In this document: in pieces, positions 19,907 to 30,650 of the stretch | Position numbering within the stretch: position 1 is the stretch's first letter | Layout: each line of letters opens with the position of its first letter | NCBI GenBank assembly: GCA_019721075.1 | Contig: JAHEAD010000003.1 | Span: 1 to 64,000 of the forward strand | Origin: Candidatus Sysuiplasma jiujiangense | GTDB lineage: Archaea; Thermoplasmatota; Thermoplasmata; Sysuiplasmatales; Sysuiplasmataceae | DNA length: 64,000 nt | Reading direction: 5' to 3' | Position numbers and translations under genes: made by a program | The notes under the pieces: generated by a model | What the model was told of the DNA's origin: nothing | The model's database searches: none | Seen by the model: the letters and a program-made list of their open reading frames with translations, nothing else

Positions 19907-20341
19907 TTGCTGAAAATGGTATTGATCGGTTTCAGGACAGAATCAGTGGATGCAATGGTCCTGTTCTATTCTGCCGTCCTTGAACTGAAACTGCTGAAGA
20001 GGGATGAAGAAAGTGCACTCTTCGACAGCGGCGGAGTTACGCTGGAAATCAGAAAAGGCAAACCGGAGGCGGTGCAGGAATTACGGTTTGAAACCGACGA
20101 TATAGACGGGGAGGTAAAAAGGCTCAGGTCAAAGGGAGCTGACCTGGAACTGTTCGAGATAGGGCTGAACTCCAGAGGCGACGCAGTACTGTCGGAGATT
20201 GCAGAAACCTTCTGGGGAAGATTTGCATCACTGAGCGACCCTGACGGAAACAGGATTGTTGTGTCCGAGCATGACGATGAGTGGTTCCCCTACTTTCCGC
20301 AGTGGTACCGCAGAGAGGACTATCGTCCGACAAAAGGATGA
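19907..20341 (+). CDS. VOC/glyoxalase family protein
   Basis: FYSAVL...FWGRFASLSDPDGNRI. Confidence 0.85.
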   Translation: MLKMVLIGFRTESVDAMVLFYSAVLELKLLKRDEESALFDSGGVTLEIRKGKPEAVQELRFETDDIDGEVKRLRSKGADLELFEIGLNSRGDAVLSEIAETFWGRFASLSDPDGNRIVVSEHDDEWFPYFPQWYRREDYRPTKG

Positions 20342-20379
20342 CAGAAAAGTGGTGCAATCAATGAGCTTATAAATGTGAA

Positions 20380-20640
20380 ATGACGTTACCCCTGACGGGA
20401 TGCACTTTGATGGCTATCAAAGGTAAGGGTGACGAGTGGGTATACGTCTATGCAATAAAAAGCGAAACGCAGTCGCATGTCAGAACTGTCAGCATAACCG
20501 GCGAAAAAATCTTCTGCGACTGCCTGGCATATGACAGGCTTGGGACATGCGAGCACCTTGAGAGAGCCTGGAGACTTCACAAGCGGGAGGAATCCAGGAA
20601 CAAATTCACCGGCCTTGAACTGATACCGAAGAAAGACTGA
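20380..20640 (+). CDS. Small SWIM zinc-finger protein
   Basis: CDC-x7-CEH. Confidence 0.7.
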   Translation: MTLPLTGCTLMAIKGKGDEWVYVYAIKSETQSHVRTVSITGEKIFCDCLAYDRLGTCEHLERAWRLHKREESRNKFTGLELIPKKD

Positions 20641-20765
20641 AGCGCAGGACTGCGGCACTTCATGATTTTGCCCGGTGTTCGGCATATGCTGCAGGGCGGA
20701 AGCAGTGCTGCTGCCTGCCATTAACATTGCCTAAAGGAAGCGGGCATTTCGGGAATCATATTTAG

Positions 20766-21737
20766 ATGCAAAGCCCATGCCCTCTTCAGATGGTTGATCC
20801 TCTCAGCACAATCGGCAGCCGGAAACACCGGGAAGCGCTCGCTGCGCTAAGGGACATCATGGGGACCGTGAAGACAAGCAGGGATCTGCGTAACATGGTA
20901 CCCGGTTTTCGGACACAGAAAGGCATCTACAAGCCGGGCGATTCCAGTTATGCGCTCTGGATCAGACATACGGAAAGAGGAACATACGAAGACAGCGGGC
21001 TGAATGTTCAGCCTGACGGCTCATGGTCGTACAGGTACATGCCGGAGGCACGAAACGGGAAAACAGATATGTCACTGAGCACCAACAGGGCACTCTGGAA
21101 TTGCATGAAAGACCGGGTGCCTGTCGCCGTGTTCCTTCAGAAGAACGTGCCTGATCTTGAGAGAAGCTATGAGATAATGGGACTCGCATACATCGACGGT
21201 TTTGACGGGACCCATTTTACCGTCAGAGGGGAGGCAATAGATGTCGATGCGAGTCCCATGGACAATGAGGAGCCTTCGCCGTTCCAGCCGTTCGAAACCG
21301 GACCGCCGGATTTATCGGCGGCTGTCAGAAGGTTGAGGGAAATCAGATTTGGAATCGCCGTGAGAAGAGCATATCATGAACGCTGCAGTCTTTGTGAGCT
21401 TGGCTACAGATTTCACGGTGAGGCGATCGCGGTAGAAGCTGCCCATGTGATTCCGGTCGCGGATCGGGGAACATCGAAGGACATCAGGAACGGAATACTG
21501 CTCTGCCGGAATCATCACTCGCTTTTTGACAGGAATCTCTGGACGTTTGACGAGGATCTCAGGGTGATTGTTTCAGAGGATGAATATTTCCGGAAATCAG
21601 CCGCAAACAACTGTGTCCTCAGGACCGAGGGAAGAAAACTGCCCAACCTGCCTGAAAATCATTATGACAGGCCGGCGACCGAAGCAATCCGGTTCAGGCT
21701 CGACAGATTCTACAAAGCAGATGCGCCGAAGGTATAA
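20766..21737 (+). CDS. HNH endonuclease, putative restriction enzyme
   Basis: CSLC...EAAHVIP...NGILLCRNHHSLFD. Confidence 0.88.
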   Translation: MQSPCPLQMVDPLSTIGSRKHREALAALRDIMGTVKTSRDLRNMVPGFRTQKGIYKPGDSSYALWIRHTERGTYEDSGLNVQPDGSWSYRYMPEARNGKTDMSLSTNRALWNCMKDRVPVAVFLQKNVPDLERSYEIMGLAYIDGFDGTHFTVRGEAIDVDASPMDNEEPSPFQPFETGPPDLSAAVRRLREIRFGIAVRRAYHERCSLCELGYRFHGEAIAVEAAHVIPVADRGTSKDIRNGILLCRNHHSLFDRNLWTFDEDLRVIVSEDEYFRKSAANNCVLRTEGRKLPNLPENHYDRPATEAIRFRLDRFYKADAPKV

Positions 21738-21927
21738 TCAGCCGCAGTATTATTCCGGCAGCTGTTCCGGTCCCTGCGGTTTGAGATCAGATAGAGTCAG
21801 GCCGACCCCGAGGGCCGCTGATAGACCGCTGATCATGACATGATTGGACATGACTGGAAAAGGCTGAGCGGCACATGCATCAGGGCTACGCAGAAAGAAA
21901 GGGAAGGTATCGGGCAGCGGATTTGCT

Positions 21928-22284
21928 TCAGTTGGGGGTCATATGCCTGCTTATGGCTTCCTTTATCACAGACTTTGGAACGGCACCTATGATTGTGTCC
22001 ACATGACTGCCGTTCTTGAATATGAGAAGCGTCGGTATGCTCATTATGCCGAATTCCTGTGGTACGTTCGCGTTTTCGTCAACATCAAGCTTCCCGAAAA
22101 CAACTTTTCCCTTCAACTCCTTTGCAAGTTCCTCAACAGAAGGAGCAATCATCTTGCAGGGCTGGCACCAGCCGGCCCAGCAGTCTACTACTACCAGAGG
22201 ATATTTCTTTACCGTGTCATGAAATGTCCTGTCGTCGACAACAACCGGTTTATCGGGACTCCCGTTATCAGTCATTCTGTTCAC
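21928..22284 (-). CDS. trxA: Thioredoxin
   Basis: WCQPC and SIPTL. Confidence 0.95.
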   Translation of the reverse strand: MNRMTDNGSPDKPVVVDDRTFHDTVKKYPLVVVDCWAGWCQPCKMIAPSVEELAKELKGKVVFGKLDVDENANVPQEFGIMSIPTLLIFKNGSHVDTIIGAVPKSVIKEAISRHMTPN

Positions 22285-22337
22285 TCCGTATTTTGAAGCG
22301 CGGATGCTGGTAATTAACCTTTACGTCACCGTTTTGC

Positions 22338-23390
22338 CTACGAAATCACGAGCTTTCCCTGCCGGTCCCAGTCGAAACTGAGCCTCTTCCTTCCGCGATG
22401 GAGCCTCTTCTCGATAACATATGCCGCTATCAGCGGAAGACCTATGCTTGCCTCGACATACGCCGTTGCAGTCGTTGCCTTCTTCTGTATTTTCCCCCAG
22501 GATCTTGCCTCGTCGAGCGTGCTGCCGCTGAGCCCTCCCCAGTGCGGGGAATCTGTCGTTATCTGCAGAGCGTAACTGTGTCCCTTTATCTCGGTATTGA
22601 AGGCATAGCCGGCCATTACCTCTGCATCGTTTATCCAGTTCTTCGGCGTTCCTCCGCCCACATAAATTACACCCGTCTTCCTTGAATTGAGTATGACTTC
22701 GACAATCTCGTAGTTGTCCTTTATCGAGTCGAGGACGAAATGCTCCTTCATCCCCTTCTGCCTGGCATGCAGCAGAGTGAGTCCGATGCCTATAGAGCTG
22801 TCGTTCAGCGCCGGGCTGAACACCGGCACACCCCTCCTGTATGCGGTATAGAGTATCGAATTGCTGTCGCTGAGCTTTGACGAAAGGGAGGACATGACCT
22901 CACGCGAAGAATAGGAACCGGGAGGCATTTCATTGATGATGGCTGCGATATACCTGTCTGTTTCCTCGAATTTTATCTCGTCAACATATGTATCGTATAT
23001 CCTGTCGATGGAAAGATCCCTGAGAACACTGTCATCTGCCTGGGGACTTCCGACGTAATGCTTGAATCCCCGGGCCTGGTAGAGATCCTGGTACAGAACA
23101 GCTCCGGTGGAGACAATCACATCGACAAGGCCAAGATCCACGAGATCCCTTATGATCTTCCTGAGACCGGCAGCGATGAGCGGACCCGACAGCCCGAGAA
23201 TGACTGTCGGCCTGTCAGCATCGGTGAGCATGTTTTCGTATACATGGGCGGCCTGTCCGATGTTGCGTGCCTGAATGGAAGCGCCGCTGAATGCCTCAAC
23301 AAGATCCGATATGCGTCTGACTTTCATCAGATCAATGCTTTCTACCTGCTTGGAAAGAAGGGATCGCCTTGTTACCTTTTCCTTTGCCAT
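22338..23390 (-). CDS. dys: Deoxyhypusine synthase family protein
   Basis: IDRIYD, GGGTPKN and GGLSGSTLDEARSWGK. Confidence 0.88.
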   Translation of the reverse strand: MAKEKVTRRSLLSKQVESIDLMKVRRISDLVEAFSGASIQARNIGQAAHVYENMLTDADRPTVILGLSGPLIAAGLRKIIRDLVDLGLVDVIVSTGAVLYQDLYQARGFKHYVGSPQADDSVLRDLSIDRIYDTYVDEIKFEETDRYIAAIINEMPPGSYSSREVMSSLSSKLSDSNSILYTAYRRGVPVFSPALNDSSIGIGLTLLHARQKGMKEHFVLDSIKDNYEIVEVILNSRKTGVIYVGGGTPKNWINDAEVMAGYAFNTEIKGHSYALQITTDSPHWGGLSGSTLDEARSWGKIQKKATTATAYVEASIGLPLIAAYVIEKRLHRGRKRLSFDWDRQGKLVIS

Positions 23391-23589
23391 GCTACCGCAG
23401 ATGCAATACTTTTAATTAAATAAATAACTCCGCAGGAAACGGCTGCCTGCAACGCAACCGGTTTCGGCATGGAGCGCCGGAAGCGGAGTGAGCACAACCA
23501 CGCTTTCGGCGAATGACATGCTGAGGAAGTCTCACATAAAACAGAAAACTAAATAACAGGAAACATACAAGCGGGAAACGAGGAATTTA

Positions 23590-24288
23590 TTGAAGAGCAA
23601 AAGCAAAACGGTCAACAGGGATGCTGCGGTGTCAGGTAAAGCGGATCGTTTCAGAAGAACCGCCGAAGCGAGACTGCCTACCTCATCAGGAAATTTCAGG
23701 GTCATCGCATTTGAAGATATGGAATCTGAAAGGGAGCATCTGGCAATAATCAGCGGGAACGTAGCCGGGGGTGAACGGGTACTGGTTCGGATACATTCCG
23801 AATGCCTGACCGGAGACGCCCTCGGATCGCTCAGATGCGACTGCGGAGAGCAGCTGAAGAAATCACTCGAAATAATAAGCAGGAGGAGGAAGGGAATACT
23901 GCTTTACCTGCGGCAGGAAGGGAGGGGAATAGGCCTGATGAACAAACTGATGGCCTACCACATACAGGATCTCGGAGCGGATACCGTCGAGGCAAACCTG
24001 ATCCTCGGTTTTGAGCCGGATGAACGCAGTTATGATGCTGCTGCATTCATTCTCAGGGATCTTGGCGTAAAATCTGTAATGCTGCTGACCAACAATCCTG
24101 ACAAGATCAACAGCATGAAGTCTCTGGGAATAAAGGTGGCGGGCAGAATCCCGCTGGTTGTCGGCCTGAACAAAACAAACATCATGTATGTTGCCACAAA
24201 AAAAAGGAAAATGAATCATATGATAGACGAAAAACAGCTTTCGCTCGGGAACGCCGTTAAAAGGAGCTTCAGGAAAGGTCAGAGGTAA
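23590..24288 (+). CDS. ribA: GTP cyclohydrolase II (bacterial type)
   Basis: VRIHSECLTGDALGSLRCDC, QEGRGIGL and LLTNNPDK. Confidence 0.95.
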   Translation: MKSKSKTVNRDAAVSGKADRFRRTAEARLPTSSGNFRVIAFEDMESEREHLAIISGNVAGGERVLVRIHSECLTGDALGSLRCDCGEQLKKSLEIISRRRKGILLYLRQEGRGIGLMNKLMAYHIQDLGADTVEANLILGFEPDERSYDAAAFILRDLGVKSVMLLTNNPDKINSMKSLGIKVAGRIPLVVGLNKTNIMYVATKKRKMNHMIDEKQLSLGNAVKRSFRKGQR

Positions 24289-24731
24289 CGGGCTACCTCT
24301 TCGGAATGTCCCTCCGGATTCACCCTGGGAAAGATCTTTTTGATAATTCCTTTCTCGTCGATTACAAATGTGCTTCTCTGTATTCCCAAACTCTTTCGGC
24401 CGTACATGTTCTTTTCAACGAGGACTCCGTAATTTTTGCAAACGCTGCCGTCCTCATCTGAAAGCAGAAGAAAATTCAGTTTGTATTTGGATTTGAACTT
24501 CCTGTGAGAATCCTGACTGTCGCGGCTTATACCGACGACTGCGGCACCGCGGGAAAGGAGACCTGACATTGAGTCCCTGAAACTGCACGCTTCCACCGTG
24601 CATCCCGGCGTATCATCCTTTGGATAGAAATAAACAACGACCTTCTTTCCGCCGAAGTCACTGAGCTTGTGCACCAAGCCATCATCCCCCCTGAGGGAGA
24701 AAGCGGGGGCAGCGTCTCCTTCTCTGAGCAT
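24279..24731 (-). CDS. bcp: Peroxiredoxin Bcp
   Basis: YFYPKDDTPGCTVEAC. Confidence 0.95.
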   Translation of the reverse strand: MLREGDAAPAFSLRGDDGLVHKLSDFGGKKVVVYFYPKDDTPGCTVEACSFRDSMSGLLSRGAAVVGISRDSQDSHRKFKSKYKLNFLLLSDEDGSVCKNYGVLVEKNMYGRKSLGIQRSTFVIDEKGIIKKIFPRVNPEGHSEEVARYL

Positions 24732-24836
24732 ATGGGGATGAATAGCATAACTGTACTTTATAGTTGACTGAATTATAATCGGCTGAAAAATAGAGCGCAT
24801 TAAATAGATGATTGACGGAATTCACAGACGGCATTT

Positions 24837-27617
24837 ATGGCAGGCGCAGTGTCGGCAGGCATCGTCGATCTGTGGAATTCGCACAGGACGGAACTCGAGA
24901 AGAGCATTACAGGGAGGGTGGCAGACAGCCCCATCCAGACACAGACGTATGCCTCGAACGCGGGAATTTTTGAATTGCGCCCGCTCGCTGTAATAACGCC
25001 GGAGCATGAGGAGGACGTTGCCTCCATTATGAAATTCTGCTCCAGGTATGGACTGCCCGTTACCGCAAGGGGAAGCGGCACAAGCGTTACAGACGCGGCG
25101 GTCGGGCAAGGAATAATAGTCGATCTGGGCAGAAAAATGAACGACATAACATCGGTAGACCTTGACAGAGACGAGGTCGAGGTTCAGGCTGGAATGACGA
25201 TAGAGGCATTGAACAGCGAACTCTCGAAATACGGAAAAATGCTCCCGCTGTACCCGGTGAAAGGAAGGGGCTGCACGGTAGGAGGATGCATTGGAATAAA
25301 TGCAGGCGGATTCCTTTCGGCCGGATACGGCAGCATTGACGGTATGCTGATTTCACTCAAGGTGGTACTGCACGACGGCACAGTGACCGAATGCGGCACT
25401 GGCAGTTTCGCCGGCGGTTCACGGCTTCTGGAAATGGCCGTCAGCGTATCAGGCGCCGGTTCCGCAGTCCGCCTGTTTGCCGGAAGCGAGGGAAAAATAG
25501 GAATCATAGTTTCGGCCAGACTGAAAATGGTCGACGTGCCCCGGGAGGAGAAGATTAGTGCCTATTTTTTCAGGAATCTTGAGGACTGCACGGCGCAGGC
25601 GGTTGCGTCGAAATTCAGCGGATGCATTTCGGCCATGTTTGCAGACTCCCTTGTAATGTCATCGCTCACATACAGACTTGGAGACTTTTCTTTTCCGAAG
25701 GAAGCCGACGGGTGCATCATTGCGGTTATGCCCGGAAAAGGCAGCCTTCCGGATCCGGCAGTTCTCGGGGCGATAGAGGCAAGAATGCTGAATGTCAGCA
25801 GCGAACGCCTGTTTGCCGCCATTGCAGACAGCATTCATACGCTGTCGAGGCCGGTTCCGAACGGCCGCTATGTTGTCATGATTGAAGGTTTAAGAATCGG
25901 TGCCGGCGGAGCGAATCAGTTCTGCAAGTTTCTGCTTAACACTTCAGACGAGGAAAATACCCGGAAAATAATATTCGGTGATGCAGTTACCGGAACCGTT
26001 TACTTCAGGCCGTTCCTCAACATGACTGATGAGAGGGACAGAAGGAAACATGAAACGATGCTCAGGAAGGCTGCCGGATATGCCCATCGCCTTAATGGCA
26101 GCGTTACCTCAGAGAACGGGCTTGGCCTTCTGCTTTCGCCCGGATTCAGGGAAAATGATTCCGCCTTCCTGAAGAGAATCCTTGTACTGAAAACTGTGAT
26201 GGATCCGGGTAATCTGTTGAATCCGTCTGCACCGGAGGCAGACGCTTCAAAAGCGCCATATCGTGCCGCGGCCACGCACGCGGAGGAAAAGAAGGATACG
26301 CTTCTGAACTGGAACGTTCCGGATATACAGTCGGTAACGGGCCGGGGATTTCTGAACTTTGAGGAGGAGGTCAACGCCTGCCACGGATGCGGGGAATGCA
26401 GGACAATTTCATTCATCGAAACGCAGTGCCCCGTCTACAAGGCGATAGGGGGTGAGATAACATCGCCGAGGGGAAGGAACAATCTGGTAAGATTGGCAAA
26501 TTCAGGTTCCGCTGCGCCTGGAATAAAAATTGATTCAGATGAGTACGCAACATCCGTATTCGATTACTGTGTGCAGTGCAAGATGTGCGTCATAGAATGC
26601 CCGAGCAATGTGAACACGGCGAAAATAATGATGGAAGCGCGGGCGCAGTATATCAGAAAGGCCGGTGTTGGGCGAATCGGGAGGGCGTCAAAATTCTTTT
26701 CCGATTATGAATTCTACACTATTGTGGCTTCGAGCGTTGCAAGCCTTTCCAACAGGCTCATAACCTCGGGAAAGGCACGTTCGCTGCTCGAGCATGCCTC
26801 CGGCATTGACAGGAGAAGGAGAATACCGGAATTTGACAGTCAGACCTTCTCCGAATGGTTCAGCAGGCATGAAGCAAAACCGGGAAGGAAGGGAGTGGTC
26901 GCCTACTATTCAGACATTTATGCGAACTATTTTGACTCGGCGGTCGGGATAGCGACAGTCGAACTGCTGGAAAGGGCAGGATACAGTGTCATCTATCCAA
27001 AGCAGCGATTCACGGGACTGCCTCTGATATATCTCGGCATGATAAGGGAGGCGAGGAGATATGTGTTTGACAACGCGAGCTTCCTGTTTCCCTATACTTC
27101 GAAGGGAATGAAAATTGTATGCTCGTCCCCTTCCGCAGTAATGGCCCTGAGACATGATTATCTCAGCATTCTCGCGGATGACAGGGCGATGGCCCTCTCG
27201 AAGTCTGCGACAGACATAATAGAACTGTTACATGACGACATTCAGGGCAGCAGGCTGCAGTACAGTTTTGCTCCCCTCAGGCAGAAAATATACTACTTCC
27301 CCTCCTGCCATGCCAGGGCACTGGGCAATCATACCAGGACCAGGTCCCTCCTTGAACTCATTCCGGAGACAGAGGTGGAGATGCTTCAGGAGGGGTGCTG
27401 CGGCGCCGGCGGAAGTTACGGTTTTGCAAAGGAAACATTTTCAATGTCTATGGACATGGGCTCCCATCTCTTTGGCGTGGTTTCATCCAAACTGAAAAAT
27501 GGAGGAATACTTGTGACTGACGGAGAGGAATGTGCCCTGCACTTACGTCAGGGAACGGGCATAAGACCGGTGCTGGCGGTGACAGTTCTGGCGGCACAGC
27601 TGTCCAGGGCGTCCTGA
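24837..27617 (+). CDS. FAD-linked oxidoreductase with Fe-S and CCG domains (GlcD-GlpC type)
   Basis: RGSGTS, GSEGKIG, CHGCGEC, CVQCKMC and CCG. Confidence 0.88.
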   Translation: MAGAVSAGIVDLWNSHRTELEKSITGRVADSPIQTQTYASNAGIFELRPLAVITPEHEEDVASIMKFCSRYGLPVTARGSGTSVTDAAVGQGIIVDLGRKMNDITSVDLDRDEVEVQAGMTIEALNSELSKYGKMLPLYPVKGRGCTVGGCIGINAGGFLSAGYGSIDGMLISLKVVLHDGTVTECGTGSFAGGSRLLEMAVSVSGAGSAVRLFAGSEGKIGIIVSARLKMVDVPREEKISAYFFRNLEDCTAQAVASKFSGCISAMFADSLVMSSLTYRLGDFSFPKEADGCIIAVMPGKGSLPDPAVLGAIEARMLNVSSERLFAAIADSIHTLSRPVPNGRYVVMIEGLRIGAGGANQFCKFLLNTSDEENTRKIIFGDAVTGTVYFRPFLNMTDERDRRKHETMLRKAAGYAHRLNGSVTSENGLGLLLSPGFRENDSAFLKRILVLKTVMDPGNLLNPSAPEADASKAPYRAAATHAEEKKDTLLNWNVPDIQSVTGRGFLNFEEEVNACHGCGECRTISFIETQCPVYKAIGGEITSPRGRNNLVRLANSGSAAPGIKIDSDEYATSVFDYCVQCKMCVIECPSNVNTAKIMMEARAQYIRKAGVGRIGRASKFFSDYEFYTIVASSVASLSNRLITSGKARSLLEHASGIDRRRRIPEFDSQTFSEWFSRHEAKPGRKGVVAYYSDIYANYFDSAVGIATVELLERAGYSVIYPKQRFTGLPLIYLGMIREARRYVFDNASFLFPYTSKGMKIVCSSPSAVMALRHDYLSILADDRAMALSKSATDIIELLHDDIQGSRLQYSFAPLRQKIYYFPSCHARALGNHTRTRSLLELIPETEVEMLQEGCCGAGGSYGFAKETFSMSMDMGSHLFGVVSSKLKNGGILVTDGEECALHLRQGTGIRPVLAVTVLAAQLSRAS

Positions 27618-27674
27618 TTTCCGGCGGCCTGAAATCCGGGCTGAATGAAGAGCAGCGGACATAGGAGCATCGTG

Positions 27675-28157
27675 ATGACAGGGAAGGCAGTTTTCATCGA
27701 CAGGGACGGCACAATAATCGCCGACTGCCCTTATTGCAAATCGAAGGATCAGGTAAGGGTCATTCCAGCCTCAGCTGAAGGCATAAGAATGCTCAACAGA
27801 CTGGGCGTCCTTGTCATAGTCCTGACAAACCAGTCCGGCATCGGGCGCGGTTATTTTACGGTTGACCAGATGAACGAAGTTAATGATGAGATGACAAGGC
27901 AGCTGAGGGAATACGGCGCAGAGATAGATGCTATTTTTCACTGCCCGCATAAACCGGAGGACGGCTGCGGCTGCAGGAAACCTGAAACCGGCCTCATAGA
28001 AAGAGCCAGAAGGGAATTTCACACGGAGGACGAATTTGTGATCGGTGACAGGGATGACGTCGACGGCGAGCTTGCAAGACGTGCGCATCTCAGATACAGC
28101 ATAGTAGGGGACAGGACAGTAAAGGACATAGTGACGGAATACCTGAAACCGGCATGA
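27675..28157 (+). CDS. HAD IIIA phosphatase (GmhB/HisB-like)
   Basis: FIDRDGT, TNQSG and CPH...CRKP. Confidence 0.9.
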   Translation: MTGKAVFIDRDGTIIADCPYCKSKDQVRVIPASAEGIRMLNRLGVLVIVLTNQSGIGRGYFTVDQMNEVNDEMTRQLREYGAEIDAIFHCPHKPEDGCGCRKPETGLIERARREFHTEDEFVIGDRDDVDGELARRAHLRYSIVGDRTVKDIVTEYLKPA

Positions 28158-28470
28158 AAACCGGCCTTCCTGATTTATTGCCTGCGGCATTGACTGTGCG
28201 TCTGCGTCAGCCGCAGGTTTCGGTGGCCGGACTGTTTCCGCACATGATCCCAAGATCTGTTCAAGCATGTGAATTCGGGATCATCATTTGAAATTCCTGG
28301 TAGTGCATTGGAGTGATACGCAGACGGCGAGCAAATCAGCCCATGTCGGCTGTTCCGGTCGGAACCGCAATGAGGATCATTCCGATAGTTTTATTGCTAC
28401 AATCAAAGTTTGAGCGGACCAATTGCACCTCATCTCTTGTCCGTAAACAAAAAAAGGGGATTGCCCTCAA

Positions 28471-29268
28471 TTGGATGCAAGCATTGTCGTTACTGTCAGA
28501 AACGAGGCTAGGAATATAGAAGGACTGCTTGACAGCCTCGTCAGGCAGACGGGCGACAAGGAAATAGTGGTTGTCGATGCATTCAGCTCGGACGGAACTG
28601 CAGAAATAGCAGGGAAATATGCCGCCGCTTACCCGTACATAAAACTTTACCGGTGGCCTGGAAAGAGAGGGGAAGGAAGGAATTACGGCGTATCGAAGTC
28701 CTCGGGGGATTACGTTGTCTTTATCGACGGCGACTGCATTGCGTCCGAACACTGGCTGTCTGAAATAATCTCTTCGCTTCGTGTGTCGGATGTGGTGGCC
28801 GGCAGGACCGTCTATATCGGCAGAGCCGCATACCTCGGATTCGAAAGGGTTGAACTGTACAGGAAAGGAATGGATGTCACCTATCCTTCGTGCAACCTGG
28901 CCTACAGAAGGAAGGTTTTCACTGAACTTGGCGGTTTCGACAGATGGTTCATAACTGCCGAGGACATCGACCTCAACATCAGGGCTGTAGACAGCGGGCA
29001 TGCAATAAACTACAACGATCTCGCTGTCGTAAGAAGCAGGACAAGAGACAATATTTACGGTTTCTCAAGGCAGGCCTTCTGGAACGGCGCCGGGAGAAAG
29101 CAGCTCACGCTAAAACACGGCAGCCTGTGGAAAAACTACAGACCGCTCGACATGTTCAGGAGGAAGATGAGCTTCCATGGCCTGCTGCGTGTGTCAATGG
29201 CGCTGCTCGGTTACCTGGGATACAAACTGTTCGGCGAAAAAAGAACAGCTTCCACTAAAAAGAATTAA
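28471..29268 (+). CDS. Glycosyltransferase family 2
   Basis: VVDAFSSDGT and FIDGD. Confidence 0.9.
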   Translation: MDASIVVTVRNEARNIEGLLDSLVRQTGDKEIVVVDAFSSDGTAEIAGKYAAAYPYIKLYRWPGKRGEGRNYGVSKSSGDYVVFIDGDCIASEHWLSEIISSLRVSDVVAGRTVYIGRAAYLGFERVELYRKGMDVTYPSCNLAYRRKVFTELGGFDRWFITAEDIDLNIRAVDSGHAINYNDLAVVRSRTRDNIYGFSRQAFWNGAGRKQLTLKHGSLWKNYRPLDMFRRKMSFHGLLRVSMALLGYLGYKLFGEKRTASTKKN

Positions 29269-29300
29269 TAACCCAGCAATCTTAAACTCGGCAGGATCAA

Positions 29301-29984
29301 TTGATTTCAATCGTTATTCCTACAATAAACGAAGAAGATTCCATTGCGGGAGTCATTGACAGGATCAGAGAGAGCATGAGCTCTGTTGACGAGCCGTATG
29401 AAATATTAATCATTGACACGAATTCCAGCGACAGGACAGTGGAGATAGCAAGAGAACGGGGCTGCAGGATCATCAGGGAGTCGGAAAGGGGTTACGGCAG
29501 GGCATACAAGACCGGCTTCGCGGCTTCGGCAGGAACAACCATAATAGCCCTTGACGCTGATGCCTCATATCCGCCTGAGGCAATACCCGCACTTTTTTCC
29601 GTTTTTAAACGGGAGGGGCTGGACTTCCTTACAGCAAACAGATTCTCCTCCATGAACAAGGGGGCAATGAGCAGGACGCACCGTTTTGGAAACTGGATTC
29701 TGAACGTTGCGACAAGATTCCTTTTCAGTGTTTCGGTGAGGGATTCGCAGAGCGGCATGTGGATACTGAAAAAGGATGCTTTTGAGCGGCTGGATGTACG
29801 GAGCGACGGATTCCCCTTTTCCGAGGAAATAAAGATAAAGGCTGCAAAGAGGCTGAAGTTTGCAGAAGTTCCTGTTCATTTCATGGAAAGACAGGGAGAA
29901 AAGAAGCTGAATACCTGGAAGGACGGCTGGAACAATCTGAAATTTCTTCTGAAACTGCGATTTTCGAGACGCCTGCGCAACTGA
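29301..29984 (+). CDS. Glycosyltransferase family 2 (DPM1-like)
   Basis: IPTINEE, GYGRA, DADASY and DSQSG. Confidence 0.9.
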   Translation: MISIVIPTINEEDSIAGVIDRIRESMSSVDEPYEILIIDTNSSDRTVEIARERGCRIIRESERGYGRAYKTGFAASAGTTIIALDADASYPPEAIPALFSVFKREGLDFLTANRFSSMNKGAMSRTHRFGNWILNVATRFLFSVSVRDSQSGMWILKKDAFERLDVRSDGFPFSEEIKIKAAKRLKFAEVPVHFMERQGEKKLNTWKDGWNNLKFLLKLRFSRRLRN

Positions 29985-30100
29985 GAATCGATTCGTTTAT
30001 CGGAAGCAGCATACGATTAAAGCAATTCCCGGTTTACTATAATGGTATTTAAATAGTTATTTAAGCACTCATGAAATTCCTTAATCCGCGGTGTTAACCA

Positions 30101-30649
30101 ATGCCGAACATCAAAATCGAAAATGTCGTTGCATCAACTTCACTCGGTGAAGAGCTGGATCTGCAGGCAATAGCGCTGGCGCTCGAAGGCGCGGAATACG
30201 AGCCGGAACAGTTTCCCGGACTCATCTACAGGCTGAAGGAGCCGAAGACGGCAACCCTGCTTTTCAGGAGCGGAAAGGTTGTATGCACGGGTGCAAAGAG
30301 TCTCGAGGAAGTAAAGCTCGCCATAAGCAAGGTTTCAAAACAGATTGAGAAGGCCGGGATTATAATAAAGATCGAGCCCAAGATCGAGGTGCAGAATATT
30401 GTTGCATCGTCTGACCTGGGCCAGGAAATCAACCTGAATGCCATCGCAATAAGTCTCGGCCTCGAGAAGGTTGAGTATGAGCCGGAACAGTTTCCGGGGC
30501 TTGTATACAGGCTCGACTCGCCGAAGGTTGTCGTCCTCCTTTTCGGGAGCGGAAAGCTTGTATGCACGGGTGCGAGGAAACCATCCGATGTCGGTGACGC
30601 CGTTCAAAAGATAATGATAGAGCTCCAGGGCGCGGGCTTGCTGCACTGA
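30101..30649 (+). CDS. tbp: TATA-box-binding protein
   Basis: Two EYEPEQFPGL repeats. Confidence 0.98.
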   Translation: MPNIKIENVVASTSLGEELDLQAIALALEGAEYEPEQFPGLIYRLKEPKTATLLFRSGKVVCTGAKSLEEVKLAISKVSKQIEKAGIIIKIEPKIEVQNIVASSDLGQEINLNAIAISLGLEKVEYEPEQFPGLVYRLDSPKVVVLLFGSGKLVCTGARKPSDVGDAVQKIMIELQGAGLLH

Positions 30650-30650
30650 G

